Origin: the human T2T-CHM13v2.0 reference genome, Homo sapiens
Strand: one strand, 5' to 3'
NCBI RefSeq assembly: GCF_009914755.1
Contig: NC_060937.1
DNA length: 64,000 nt
The position numbers and the translations under genes are program-made. The notes beneath the pieces were generated by a model. The model was not told the origin of the DNA. It worked only from the letters and a program-made list of their open reading frames with translations, and made no database searches. Shown here piece by piece: positions 42,787 through 58,203 of the stretch (position 1 is its first letter; each line of letters opens with the position of its first letter).

Positions 42787-43168
42787 TGATCTGGTTTGGC
42801 TCCATGTCCCCACTCAAATCTCATCTTGAATTGTAATTCTAGCGTGTTGAGGGAGGGACCTGTAATCCCCATGTGTTGAGGGAGGGAGATGATTGGATCA
42901 TGATGGTGGTTCCCCCATGCTGTTCTTGTGATAGTGAGTGAGTTCTCACGAGATCTGATGGTTTTATAAGTATTGGACAGTTCCTCCTTCACACACTCTC
43001 TCTCCTGCCACCTTGTGAAGAAAGTGTCTGCTTCTCTTTCCACCATAATTGTAAATTTCCTGAGGCCTTCCCAGCCATGTGGAACTGTGAGTCAATTAAA
43101 CCTCTTTCCTTTATAAATTACCCAGTCTTAAGTATTTCTTTATAGCAGTATGAAAACAGACTAATACA
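42787..43168 (+). mobile_element. THE1D-like solo LTR
   Basis: THE1 consensus match, TG...CA termini, 5-bp TSD tccac/tccat. Confidence 0.93.
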
Positions 43169-45541
43169 TCCATCCACCAACTTTTGAATTGACTTCTGTC
43201 TTAAGTGAAAGCTCTATCAATCTGTCCGTGTTGAAATTCTTTTCACTCTATGTGTGAATTCTGCCATTCAAAGAGAGATAGCAAAGTTCTACTGAGATCA
43301 CAGGATCTGACTTGAAATGGAAAGTGAATGTTCAGAAGAAATAACATTGTTAAATCCATTGCACATTCAGTGCAAATGGCTATTTTTGGATCTGGAGACA
43401 GAGGCCTTTAATCCCTTCACTCTGCCTCAGCCCAGGCGCCTGCTGGCAGCATAGCTTGTGTAACTATGGGCAGAGAACAGAGACCATGGCCTTCCTGTTG
43501 TTCCACTTCTTCAAATCTTCCAAGGAAGGAAAAAAACTTTATCCCATGCTCTCAAAGATGAGCTGTTCAGCTCATCTCACCCACTGCTGCCATCCATTGT
43601 CAAGCCACCAGTCTCTCTGTAGTTGTGACTCTTCATTTTCATAGTCCAAGTAATTTATTCATGTTTCTCAAGCACCGTTGTGTCCCTACGTGGTAACAGC
43701 AGTTGTTATGCTATTTACCAAATATATTTATCTCCAGTCACGCTGCTGTGCTGAGCTGGCGGAACAGGTGCATTCTTAATGCCTGCTTTCTTCCAGGTAG
43801 GCTCTCTGCGGCTCTTTGGCTTCTGCTGAGATAACCTGGATGTTGCACAAGGCCAGAGCAGCTGGAGGGAAAGCTCTAGGTCCTCGCCATCTGGCCTCCC
43901 AAATGGCAGGGTCAGACGGGAGTAGAGCTGCTTCCTAGCACTGAAGACCCTCGTTGGCCCTACTCTCCTGTTCTTCCCAGGACAATTGGTGTACTTCAGG
44001 AGGTGACAGAAGTGGTTACAAAGTGTCCCGAGCTCCCAGGACCCATGGTGAGCTGCTGCCTTTAACTGTAATTACCCTCCATACCACTGTTCAGCAGGGC
44101 CAGTTGGCAGTTGGAATAAAATGAGATTCTGGATTTAAAGGCACATGAGCATGAAACGATGTTTTAACTGGGTCATGGGACTGTAGATAGTCCCTGCCAC
44201 CTCTGTACCTCAAGCCCCTCAAGAAAGATGCTGTTAGTCTCTCGGTGTTATTTCTGCAGTCTAAGTTAGAGCAAGCTCTAATGGATAATGCTATGTGGGT
44301 GAAACTGAAAACCTTTATAAGATGAGGCTAGTGAGTACCTGCACGTCTTGGAAGTGTCCAAATGTTTCTCTGCAGATGGCAATATCTCTTTGTCAAATAA
44401 CACTGAATATGTTGCAAGCTCAAACTAGACAAGTGTGTTGTTTTTTAATAGTTATTTTAAAAAAACCAGACAGAAAAAAATGAATTAAATTTAGCAAACA
44501 TAAAAAAAATGGAAACATGCCAGAGGAACATTAGGAGAGACAACATGAGATCAAACGTGACTTTATCCTAGAAGCACTGGCCCTGCTGCTTTTTGGTGAC
44601 TGAGACCCAAAAAGCACACTCCCTGGGCACACTCTGCTTGTCATCAGAGAGTCAGTGCCAGGAGAGTAGAGACAATGCTGCCCAGTCACCAAGGGAGATA
44701 AAACAAATATTCCCTCGTACCTATGGGCAGTTAGTAAATATGTGTTGAAGGAATGCCTCCATGGAATTGCTCTCTGCTGAAGATATATAATAATGGATTA
44801 TTCTCCTTCAACAATCCATGCAATCCTCATGGATTGCTGCATCATCAGGGGACCAGTACTACCTTTGTATCCGGGAGAAGCTATGGCCATAGCCCACTGA
44901 TTTTCTGGCCCTCCACAACTGAGTACAGAAATCGGACTGACATCTTAGCCTTAGATTTCCCAGAGTTCTTGGTCTATTCAAGAGGAGAGATCCTCAAGCA
45001 GACACCAGCTTCCCTGGTGAAAAGAAGCTTGAGCAGGCTTTGCTTAGTGGTTATTTTTCCATCCCATTCTGAAATTTCACTGATGGGGAAGCAGAAGGAG
45101 GGGGACTAGTGGGGATGTTCAAATCAGAAACCAAACTCTCTTTTAGAAACCGTAAATTTCTCTTTTAGCTTAGCTACAACAAATCAATGCATATACTCCA
45201 TCTCCAAAAGAGATTAATAAGATAAATAAAAGTTTATTTGCCAGAATTTCTCTTGGGGAGAGCACTTTTTTTTAGAAAAAAATTCAATAAGTCTTGGGAT
45301 GGAGAGTGAGACCCAATGGTCATGTCCAGGTAGTAAAAGACAGTCCCTTAACCACAAGGTATAATACAAGAAAGGAAACTTGTATGGGTCACAGAGGGAA
45401 AGGGAAGGCATTAACAAGGTGGATGCAAAGGGAAGAGAGGATCGAAAGTAGGAAGCTCCACGGCAGCTTGGCAGTTAGAAGACTTAAGGAAAGAGATGTG
45501 CTCCCTTAATGATCAAGTTGGTCATTGTCTGTGCTCTGTTA

Positions 45542-45693
45542 ACTCCCTTTTCTCAGCTTCTGCCCTAAAACTAACCAACAGAGTAATCATCAGTGAAACT
45601 GACATTTCTCATTCTTTCTTTAGGGCATTTTAGTGCATTCTTTTGAGGAAATTTGGAGAGGCTTTTCTGTGTTCGAGTCAAGGTTGGGCAAAA
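45542..45693. repeat. Segment duplicated in inverted orientation at 59838-59987
   Basis: The reverse complement aligns end to end with 59838-59987, roughly 80-85% identity by eye. Confidence 0.92.
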
Positions 45694-47139
45694 CAGAGGT
45701 GGCAAGTAGGGATACATAGGAGCAGCTAACATCTGCATTACAGAGTGGCAAGAGTGACAATAACCTATCTTAACAACAGTCATATCTTTGTAATTTAGAA
45801 TGCTGTATTTTATATTCAGAGTAGCTAAATTCAACTTAATTTGCCCTTGCTTGTAATCCTATCTTCTTTATGAGGTATCTTATCTGGTTCCCTCCAGGAG
45901 AGGTGAGGTGGTTAATGACTTGTTGGTAGATAATGCCATTTATGGGTGATTTCCTGTTCTCTCTAATGCATTTTATTCTTTATGTATTTTTCTAAGCACG
46001 ATCCATGGCTTGGCAAGCTGTCAAAACAGTCCCCTATAGCTCCGCATGCAGAGATACTACACACTCTTCCAGCACTGGATGGAAGTAGTTCTGAGCTGCA
46101 AAAATAAGAAAATAAGATTACAAGATAGAAAGAATTGTTCATTGCAAGAGAGGATAAACGTAAAAATAGATGGGAATAAAGAGCTGTTTGCCCTGTATGT
46201 AAGAAAGCACTAGAGACAATGTTGAAGATAATATCCTTAACATTTATGCAGCTCTTCATATTTTTAAAGTGATTCCTGGTAATTAAGGGTCATTAATCAG
46301 ATATTAGCTGCAGGTCATTCAGTGAATTAACTGTTGATTTAGGTTGAGAGCTGTGCATAATTCTGGAGATCAGAAACAAACATGACTCATTCTATGCATC
46401 TCAAAAACTTACTTTCTTGCGAGTTACTATGTGTGAGTTCTAATTATGAACACCAAGATCTACTTAATATTGCACAAATTCACAATTTATATGGAATACT
46501 AATTTAAAATTTATTAGTTTGATATTTACAACCACATTTACGGAGACAAGACTATGAAAAGAAAACCTAAGTTGTTAGAACTGTCACAGAAAAAGCCGTC
46601 ACAGAACACCCTCCCTCTCTCGACATGGGAACATGCTGGCATTCCGTAGCCAGTAGAAATACACAAGGGAGTCTCCTTCCCTCTCTAGGTTTTAACATCG
46701 GTTTTTACTTGGATGTACCAAATGGTTCTAAAGGAATCTGGATTAAATATCCATTTCACTGCAAGAGAATGCCTTGTCTATTTGGGTAGTTCTATGAATC
46801 ATAACTCAGTTTATCTTTAGTCTAACCAGAAAACAAATTATACATATAAGACTGCAATTTATTTGGCATGTTTATGTCTAAATATCAAGAAATGCTAGTT
46901 TCCCTCTAGTATTTCTATGTGCTGTTCTTTGACAAATAGTCACAAGTAATTGAGGTCTGAGAGAAGTCATAGACATTTAGGGTTGAATTTTAAAAATATT
47001 AATGGATGCTCCTTTGGCTTTGATGCTTGAATATATTAAGAGCACTACGATTCTTATTGATTTTCCTACAAAGCCTTTGAAACTGACTATTTCTCCCAGT
47101 AAAACCTCCACATTTCCCTCTTTCATACAACTAGGCACA

Positions 47140-47350
47140 ATCTCTGCAGCCAGTCAACCTGGGTTTGAAATCTAAATCTGCAACTTACTAGCTGTGTGAA
47201 TTTGGGCAAGTTACTTAGCTTCTCTGCCTCTCAGTTTATTCATCTGTAAAACGGGCAATATTTATTTATTCAATTATTAAGAGGATTAAGTTAGTATTTG
47301 TACAGTGCTTAGAAAAGTATCAGGCATATTTTTAGTACTACATAGGTATC
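47140..47350 (+). mobile_element. MIR SINE
   Basis: acttactagctgtgtgaatttgggcaagttacttagcttctctgcctctcagtttattcatctgtaaaacggg. Confidence 0.9.
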
Positions 47351-48223
47351 TGCCAAACCTATTAAAATTTCACATTTAAAATACTTTGCTGAGTTGTATG
47401 TAGAATGTATTCTATGTGTTTTAATTGTTTGCTAAGTCTTTCTAAAATTCACATTTTAAGATGATATTTTGCAAAAGCGTTCAGATTTCTTTCATTTGGC
47501 AAACAAGCAAACAAACAAACATTGCTACTAGTAAACTTTAAGGAACAAAAATGAGTGAAATTTGCACTACAAAAACTTTCTTTGAAAGTACCAGGAGTGT
47601 GAGAGCTGGGCAAGAGATTTGGTGTTGGCTATGAATTTGTTGTTGAGAGAGCAAGAAACTGAAGGGCTAGACTCCGTTTAGTGGCTCATGAGCCATCCAC
47701 AGCTGAGGGTTGTTGAGAGGTGTGTTTGAAGCAGGGAGCTTTGAAGGTCTTGGAAAACCTTACTCTAAGGAGGTTTTTAAGCTCCACTCGCACCCTCTTT
47801 CAGTGTGATCTAGATAGAGGAAAGGTCAGCAGCCAGAAAAAGAACAAGAGGGGAGTGATTTGTTCCAGGAATGTTTAAAAATTCTAAAAGTTCTCAAACA
47901 GTAATTTTCATTAAGTAAAACATTTCAAGTTATACAACGAACTTTTAAAAGAGCAAGTTTTGTCTACAACAAAAATTAGAAAATAACAGGCTATGAAAAT
48001 TTCTAGAAGATTGCATTCTATTTAGAACATTCTTCTTTGGAAGTGAAAATACCACGATACTAGCAGAATCATACAAATGAGGTCAGGAAACCAAAATGTG
48101 CACCACTGACATTTCAGCCTTGAATCCATTATAAAAACAGTTGCTTATATCTTAATTTCATTGGCTAATACAGTTCTGATTTTTTTTTTTTTTTACCAAG
48201 ATTGTCTCTGAATCACCTCCTAC

Positions 48224-48567
<344 letters not shown>

Positions 48568-48908
48568 TAACTGATCTCTGTTCTGTATCAGTGCAGTATT
48601 CTGAAGCCAAGAGATCCTCCTCTCCCCGCAAGGCAAAAGGTTTGTTCTCCTTTTACTTCTCCCTCAGCCAAACTTCTCTGAGACGCCTATGGCTTGTTAC
48701 TCACTGCCAAGCTTATGGTGGGAACAGGAAGGACCTGCCCCTCCTCAGTGACAGGTGACATTTGCTTCAACCCCTTTCAGAGAAAGAGTGGATTTAGCCC
48801 GAGAACTGGGGTGAGGATGGGGTGGGGATGTTTCCTTTCCCTCCCACTGCCATATAAAGCTTTTGCTTCTGAGAGAACCATCTGGTGAAGTAGATGAGGC
48901 TTCATGGC

Positions 48909-49271
48909 TAATATGGTTTGGCTGTGTCCCCAGCCAAATCTCATCTTGAATTGTAATTCCTATAATCCCCACCTGTCAGTAGGGACCGGGTGGGAGGTAA
49001 TTGAATTATGGGAGTGGTTTCCCCCATGCTGTTTTCGTGATAGTGAGTGAGTTCTCACGAGATCTAATGGTTTTATAAGCCTCTGGCATTCACCCTGCTG
49101 GCTCTCATTCTCGTTCCTGCTGCCTTGTGAAGAGGTGTCTTCTGCTATGATTGTAAGTTTCCTGAGGTCTTCCCTAGCCATGTGGAACTGTGAGTCAATT
49201 AAACCTTTTTTCTTTATAAAGTACCCAGTCTTGGGTAATTCCTTATAGCAATGTGAGAATGGACTAATATA
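48909..49271 (+). mobile_element. THE1B/C-like solo LTR
   Basis: THE1 consensus match; perfect 5-bp TSD atggc at 48904-48908 and 49272-49276. Confidence 0.93.
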
Positions 49272-50059
49272 ATGGCTGTCGAGAAGAAGGAGGGGTTCTT
49301 GTTAACAAACACTGCAGGCCCTCTGTTTTTGCTGTTAGTGCTCAGTGGAGGCCTGCAGAAAAGACCTTGTGAATAAGAACAGTTTCCCCTGTGTCAGGGG
49401 CTCTCAGGGATTCCTAACTGGTCCTCTGCTAGCCCACATTTAGCCTCTCAGAACTCATTACAATTGCAGCTTTTTTTTTGTCTTACTTGCTTTTATTGTA
49501 GTTTTTCTTCCTCCCAGGATCTGCCAAAAGTGAAACAGTCATGCATCTTGTTTATCCCTGGAGGAGGTTGTCACCCTTTATATTTCACCTGAGGCCTCTG
49601 ATGGGCTCAAGGGAAGTTATAATTTTGAAGATTTGACTTTTTTCAAGTTGTTAGGGTGAGAGCAATGTTCTCTGTTCTCTTGCAGCTGAATGAATTTTAA
49701 GCAGAAGCCAGGATTAAATCTTAAGTCCTCATTGTGCTGTAATCTTTCATGTTTCTATGATCCAGGCAGAAAATGGGAAAAAGGCAAGAGTTCCAGAAAT
49801 TTACGGGAATAAGCAGTATCTTACCCAAACAAAGGGATATGCTCATTTATTTTATTAATGATGCATTAATAACTATGTCCTATGCTTTGCCACATGTTCA
49901 AAAATTTCTCCTTAGCTAGCCTTTTCATGTGGAATTAATCACAAACCTGAAGCCAAAGCCGCTTCAGTTTGGTCCCAAAACACTTTACTCAACATCTCCC
50001 ATATGCTCTGCTCCACCTTGGGCTTCAGCCACATGAGTTGGCAGGCCTGGGAGGGGAGT

Positions 50060-50200
50060 CAGATTTCCTGCGATGGAATCCAGACTGTGCCACTTATTAG
50101 CTCTGTGACCTGGGGCTACTTAACCTCTCTGCCGCTCAGCCTCCTCATTTGTAAAGTGAAGAAAGTAATAATACTTACATCATAGGTTTGTTATAAGCTC
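50060..50200 (+). mobile_element. MIR SINE
   Basis: gccacttattagctctgtgacctggggctacttaacctctctgccgctcagcctcctcatttgtaaagtg. Confidence 0.85.
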
Positions 50201-50963
50201 CCCGGCCTCATTATTTCAATTCCTCTGAGAACCTCATCTGCAAAAGCAGAATATATAAGATACTAATATTCAGCACAGGTTCAAATTGGTAGTCACCTTT
50301 CCCTTTCCTAAGATTAGCTTATCTGAGCCCCTAAGAAAGTTGTACCATTTTAGATAATAGGTGGTACATTTAATCTCCTAAGGGCAGAAGGTGAAGATAC
50401 CCAGTTTGAAGAGCTCTAAAATGTACCCCATCACTCCCAAATCTTCTCTCTCAATGTTGTTATTAGCTTGTAATCTTGTTATTCCCACCAAGCAATTCTG
50501 CTAAGATTAAAGAATCATTGATTTGAGATTCTGGGTATCTACGGGGTTTTGAAAAATATCTATAAATTCTCTGCTAGTATATGCTCTGAAAGCTATTCAT
50601 CCAAAAAACAATTGAGTACCTACTATGTGTCAGAAATTGTCCTAACCAGTTGGTAGCATGGGAGCCTAAGACTTTTTGCCTTATGAGCTACTCAAAAAGA
50701 AGAATGAATTCAATAGACTATATAATTCACTGGTAAATAGAGAAAGGTATTAGCAGCGAAGCATATTATTGCATCACTGTTTGATACTTCTAGTCTCAAT
50801 AGGAATCATCACATTGATGGTTTTGATGCTTTTCGTGTTTGCATTGAAGAAAAAAGCCTGCTGAGATGATTTACAAACTCAAATTACATGTTTCTGCTTT
50901 ATGTCATATAACTGACATTTAATTTTTTTTAAATGCCTACAGATAGTTCAGTCATACTTTTAA

Positions 50964-51312
<349 letters not shown>

Positions 51313-51771
51313 TAGAACTCTTGGTTACTAAAGTGTTCTGGTTAATTGGGTATTCTTGTTATTATGAAAGATTAAGCTGAAAATGCATGTTTCAATCATT
51401 TGGCTGAAAATCAGTCTTATTTTTCTTTCCTATTATAGGGAAAGTAGTTGAAATAGGTTTTTTGTGGTAGTTTTATATTTTTTAATAATGTGGCTTAATA
51501 GCTCATAGTGAGACTTCAAATTTCAGTTACCATTTTAGAGCACTGAAAATTGAGACAACATGTGGATTAAACTTAGAGTGACTTCAAGTTAAACCTGAGA
51601 AGAAAAGAGGCAATGCCATTTAGTGGATTATACATATGATTTGGAGCCAGAGAGACCTCATTTCTGCTCATTATTTACTATGTGTCTATTTCTGGGAAAT
51701 TTACTTAGTGTTCCTCAGTAGCCTCAGTTTCTTCATCCTAAAATATAAATAAGAATATATGCCTTGTGTAT

Positions 51772-51839
<68 letters not shown>

Positions 51840-52779
51840 AAAGAGTCTTGCTCTGTTGCCCAGGCTGGAGTGCAGTGGTGCGATCTCATCTCACTGCAAC
51901 CTCTTACAGCAGGCCAGGTCCCACTAACGCAGGCCTCCATAACAACTCTTTCAGCATTGACTGAGTGGTTAAATGAAATATTAAAAGCTGATAGAGCCAG
52001 TGCCTTTATACGAAGGCTGGAATGTAATAAAAGCCCACCAAGAGTTTTGCCTAGGCCTTTCCTGAGCCTTAAAGCATGACAAAATAACGAAGGAATTCTT
52101 AACAGAACCTGTTTAGGATTAAACAAGTTTTATTGGGGGTCTGAAGAAACTCCCCAGACCTCCACAAACAAGTTTATCGGGGGTCTGAAGGAACTCCCCA
52201 AACCTCTGACTTAGCAGGAGACGAGATAAGTGTAATCACCTCAGCACCTAAATCCACTTAGATGAAGTAAATTTTACTAAGGCTCCAGAGGAAGGTCTTC
52301 AAGACTCAGATCTTAGTTGTAGATTAAAGGAAATTAATCACTTATGTCTTCAGACAAATGCACACTTACACATAGACATATAGCTCAGAAGGTATATAAG
52401 CGCTGAAAAACTTTGTAATTTTGAGTTGGTCTGGTGATAATTTCCAGGCCTTCTCCCTGTAACCAGTTACAGAAATAAGCTCCCTTTTCTCTCAGGTCAT
52501 CTGCTTCTCATTACTGGGACACAAGAATAAGCAGCCTGACCCTGGGTTTGGTCTGGGAACACTCTGCCTCCCAGGTTCAAGCAATTCCAGTGCATCAGCC
52601 TACCAAGTAGCTGGGCTTACAGGCATGTGCAACCATGCCCGACTAAGTTTTGTATTTTTAGTAGAGGCAGGATTTCACCATGTTGGGCAGGCTGGTCTTG
52701 AACTCCTGGCCTCAAGTGAGGTGGCCACCTCAGCCTCCCAAAATGCTGGGATTACAGGCATGAGTTGCCACACCCAGCT
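51772..52779 (-). mobile_element. AluS with (TTTC)n+poly(T) tail, split by an ERV1 LTR
   Basis: Alu sequence stops at ctgcaacctct (51904) and resumes at ctctgcctcccaggttcaag (52562); outer TSD gtgtatt. Confidence 0.93.
51905..52561 (+). mobile_element. ERV1 solo LTR (LTR15-like)
   Basis: 657 bp, ends ...gggaaCA, 4-bp TSD CTCT, TATA box tatataag at 52393, internal ~45-bp tandem duplication at ~52121-52206; family name from memory. Confidence 0.85.
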
Positions 52780-53819
52780 CGTGTATTGTTTAATCATGGT
52801 ATGACCAAATGAGATCTGGCGTATGATGGGCCTGGACACAATATGTACTCAGTGAATGATCACGGGCTGATTGTTACTGTTCTTTGTTCCATTATCTGCT
52901 GTTTTATCTTGTGATTAATTACTCTTATAAAAGTCATGAGTGACCTTAGGTTTAAGAAGATAGACTGATCACAGATGTTTATCTCCTTTTTTCTCTCTGT
53001 CCTCACTAATGTGATAATAAAAGAAGGGAAAAAATAAAATTGGCAAGAATAAAGACACGAATAGAATAGGAGAAGGGACATTTTGGGAATGAACACTTGA
53101 AAATCAGGAAGCAAAACTGTCCTCTCTCACTCCTCTACTGCTGTGTAGGCAATTAGAGCTACAGCACTGGGTTTCTACTCTCCAGTTATGAGAGCATAAG
53201 TTTCTTCCCTAGAAAATTTGTACTGTGGAGGTATAGGACTTAGAGATTTATCAGACAAAAACATTTAATGTGGCACTGAAAATAGGGAAAATTAACAATC
53301 TGTACCTACTGGCTTCTCCCTTGCCTAGAAGCCCCAAATTCAGAACACCAGCAGTGAGGCCACCACGTATACTGACCTGGATGTGCACTGTTCAATGCTA
53401 AAAGCCACTGTTGACATTATAGTGTTGTATCCTCATGACAATTTTTGGCAAGTGACAGAAAAAGGCCTTATTTTGCCAAATGAGTTCATTATGACAATTT
53501 TCTAACAGTTGGATATAAAGTGTCTTCAGGAAGGTAGGCCTTTTGCTAAATCACAAACATGTACTTGTTGGGCTGGTAACAATTATCAGCCATCAATTTT
53601 CTGTGATATCCCCCTACTGTTAACACCACGTTACACTCATAGAAGACTGAAGAGTTCTTCTCCACAATTGCATGGCTCTAGAGTGTAAAGAAAACAAAAT
53701 CTTGGCAAAATGTCATTAGGAGGGACCAGTTATTAAAATACCCCCACCTAATCATCCTAAAATGAAGTCCTGCTCAAATGCTCAAGGCTTTCAATCGCTT
53801 TCATGTTTATGTTTTTGCA

Positions 53820-53935
53820 TTCTCACCATGTTGCCCAGGATGGTGTTTTGGTATTGAACTCCCAGCCTCAAAAAAAACTTCTGCCTTGGTCTTGCAAAGT
53901 GCTGAGATTACAGGTGTGAGCCACCATGCCAGGCC
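53820..53935 (-). mobile_element. Alu left-arm fragment / FLAM
   Basis: caccatgttgcccagg...caaagtgctgagattacaggtgtgagccaccatgcc. Confidence 0.85.
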
Positions 53936-56769
53936 CCGATTACTATCATGTGAACAGACAACCTATAATCATGCTGTATTTGGGGAATCCTTCAGATACA
54001 GAGGAGAGATCTAAGTAAGCAGAGAAAACAAATAGATCAATAAGAGAAAATGTAAGAACAGAATAAAACAGGAATAATAGCCCCCCAAAACCTCCAAATA
54101 GAGATGTGAGACTATTATAAACAGAATGGCTGAAAGAAAGGGATATTAGAAATTAATATGAAAATTTCAGAAGGGTTAGAATGTAGGTTAACCCAATCTT
54201 CTAAACAGTGGAGCACAAAAGAGAGAAAGATTGAAATATCGATGAGAATGAATCCAAGAGTTTGAACATGCTAGGCAAAGAGCTTCAGAAAGGGAGAGTA
54301 GAGAAAATAAAGGGGACTGTGATGTACATTTCAGAGTAATAACAAAAGAAAAATGTTGAACCCTGAGTGGGCTCAAAAGGGCCTAAACAAGTATTTATAC
54401 TAATTTAAAATACAAGCTTGACAAAGAGCTTGGAATTCTAAAGCATCAGTGACAGAAAATACTAAAATTTGCGTGGAGTTAAAATGGGTTGCTTATAAAG
54501 GACTGAAAATTTGTTTGCACCAGACACTGCAGCAGCTACAACATGCTACAATACAGGAAACAAAGCATTCACAACTACACAGGAGATAACATTCCACTCA
54601 GAATTCTCCCACCAGCCAAACAATAAGGCGTGAGAGATATTTACAGGGGACAAATACTCAAATTTAAGTTTTATCTATTCTTAAGAAATGATTTGGGGGT
54701 GTTCTCCTGAAAGAATAAGAAAGACAAAGGGAGATAAATAATTTAGAAAATATCAGATCAAACCCAAGAGGATGGTAAAAGAAAGTTCCAGGATAGCAAC
54801 TGTGCATCAACTCTAGTGAGCCAAAGTCTTGATTGTAATGATAGAGAATATCAGTAGATGGGTTTCCAAGGAAAAGGGATAGTCAATAGAATAGCAGCAG
54901 ATGTGTTGCTGCGGTTGGGCAGAATTAAAAACATGTTAAAAAGAGAAGGGGAAGAGAGAAGAAGAAAGGCTAGAAAAAAAGGCAGTTAGAAACTCCAGAA
55001 AAACAAAAAACAGAAGTTTCTACAAGATACACAAAATATTCACACTATACTGCTTGACAGTGAAAAATATGTAGTTATAATGGTCATATTCATTTAAAAT
55101 AATTACATAGCAATTCGGTAGGGTGGGAAAGGAAGGTAAGAGGTAGGTATAAGAGAACTAATCCCCATCAATCATAACCAGAGTCAATAACTGATATCAA
55201 AAACTGGTAAATATAAAAAGTAATATAAGAACAATATTTAGAATTGTAGAGGTAACTTACAGAAAAAGTACTTTTAGCCAGCATTCTTGGGGACTGGGAA
55301 AGGATGAGACAGAAAAGATAATTTTTTATTATAAATTCAGTGTTATGTAATCTTTTTTCACTATGTGTATAAATAAGGGTGATAAAATTAAAAAAAGAGG
55401 TTTGCATGACTTCCATAGAGGAGGGTTTCATCATTGTTTGAAAGTACATGATTTAATTGAGGGCATATAAATATTTATGGGTGCATATGTATATATGTGT
55501 ATATATGTGTTTTATGATCTTTGACAAAAATATGGAAAGATATATATTATTTTCTATATAGTTTCATTAATTGGGAAGGGAAGTGAAATACTTGGAGAGA
55601 AAAGGAGGAAACATTTGTCTAACAAATATTATACTATGCTTTCAAATTGCAGAAATTTTTAAAAAGTTGAAAAACCACTGTAATCATTTAGAAAAATCTA
55701 GAAAGATTTAGAAAATTGAAGGAAATGCTAATATTATCGTGTGCTTTGCCAAAATATATTTAGTTTTCTCTAGTTGGCATTATGCACAAAACTTTCAGAA
55801 GTTAGCAGACTTCCATTATAAACAAAGGACGGGATTAACTGTACTGTTCTATTTCTAGTTTCATTCAAATCTATCACAGTTCCTTTACACAACCAAATTC
55901 TTGTTATTTTTCAAAGCCTTGGGAAAAAAATGTAAAGTCAGTGTATTCACGCTATTTGAATGAGTTCTTAAAAAGAATTTTAGTTTTCTTGTTGGGAAAT
56001 GTTACGAGTGAGATATGTGCTCCTGACTTTATTCATATTTTTCTCATTTTTTCGGAAGGCAGAATTTGAAAATGAGCTCCAAAACATTTCAGTGCGAATT
56101 TCTCTACATTTGTTTCTTTCTAGAAATAGGTGAGATTCACTTGCAAACAATCCCCTCTTCTATGAATTATCTGGTACCTATTTTTTTTAGACACTTACTG
56201 TGAAGTATATTGTTAGGTCCAATTTTATATGAGGAAGTGTGGTTAAAAAAGAGTAATTTGCCTAAGAGTAAAACGTGAATAATGGCAAACTAAGAGTCCA
56301 ACCCAAAATTTATTCTACCCCATACTTCAATGGAGGGCTACATGCAAAGATAAGATTAGTAATCCCTGACTTAATTTTTTTTCCCAAGAGAGTGTGCCCT
56401 CCCTCAAACTTCATTCCAGAGTGTATGTTCCCACATACGATACACACGTGCGTTTTTTCAATGTACCACAGAGAGACCAGCCACTGGAGGTATTCTGGAT
56501 AGTAGTTAGCTAGCCTTGCCTTGATGACTTCAGATTATTTGCGTATATCTACCTGAGCGTTTTGTGTGAGAAAGATGGATTATAAAAGATTCCTAACATT
56601 GCTTTGTTTACTGAAAAGTTAATATGCCAACAAAAAGAAAATATACTTCAAGGTTATGTTGAAGCATAAGCAAAAATAATAAAGTTAGCTTCTTAGGGCT
56701 GGAATTGCAGCCAGGTATAGGGTGAGAGTGTAAACTTTTCTGAGTCAAGGAAGGTTCATTGTTAATTAG

Positions 56770-56880
56770 CCTTACTGTGGTGACTAATATCACAAGGTGT
56801 ATATATTGCAAATTATCAAGTTGTACACCCTAAATATATAATTAGTTGTTGAATCTACCTTAATAAAGCTGGAAAAAATC
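56770..56880 (+). mobile_element. L1M 3' end
   Basis: caagttgtacaccctaaatatat...taccttaataaagctggaaaaaa. Confidence 0.7.
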
Positions 56881-57553
56881 ATTGTGCTTATTTGTAGATA
56901 TCTTATTCAGCCTAGCTCTGTGCTGGATACACAGTAGTTCTATTGGATGACATAGCATGTACTCAACAAACATGTGTTGCTTCATTGATAGAGAGCTGGC
57001 TTACTTGGTCACAATGAAGAAAACCACAAAAGTTTGGAAATGAAGATTGTAGTCTAAGAAGGTAGCTGTCACATATGGAGAATTCACCATGTGCCTGTCA
57101 TTGTGTTAAGGGTTTTATGTGGAATGACTGACTTACATTTCAGGACAACCAGTTGAGTAGACATCATCATCTCTCTTTTTAGTAGGAAGTGCTAGTGATG
57201 GAATCAGTTATGGAGATTATGCTCTGGTGAGGCCTAGAAGAGAGTGAATTGAAGGAGGGGTAAAGGATCATCACCCTACTTTTTACTATGTCAGTCCAGC
57301 TCTCTATCCTAAAGATGAGAGTACCAATGGTCCCCATATCTGTATCACCAGGTGTGCAGAAGATTCAGCTTATGAAGTATTTAGATTCTCATTTATAGAA
57401 ATGTTATATAAATTCAAGGAATTAATAAATGTCTTCAGCATGCTGAGCCATAATTCATTCCTATACCATGTTCCCCATTTTTAATGCTTAAAAAATGGAG
57501 ATCACTTCCTCTATCATTCATTACAACTGTTGTTAGAGTGACCAATCTCTTGA

Positions 57554-57980
<427 letters not shown>

Positions 57981-58203
57981 ACTTATTTTACTCTTGTTAG
58001 ATTTCTTTATTAGTCAATCCTTCCACTTTCTAAGTTGTTTTGGGCATTATTCTGAATGATTTCCAATGTTAGGAACTTTCCAATGTTGTGGTTAGAAACG
58101 TTCTAGAAACAAATGCAGTATTTTCTAGTGTTGTACAGAATTGGGCTTGGGGAAATGCCCAAAGTGTGCATCTTATTTCTATCTAATTTTGTTCCTCAGG
58201 AAC

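Noticed and set aside
51701-52126. 141-aa and 106-aa ORFs with poly-K or poly-F
   Set aside because: Artefacts of the Alu poly(T)/(TTTC)n tail fused to LTR sequence.
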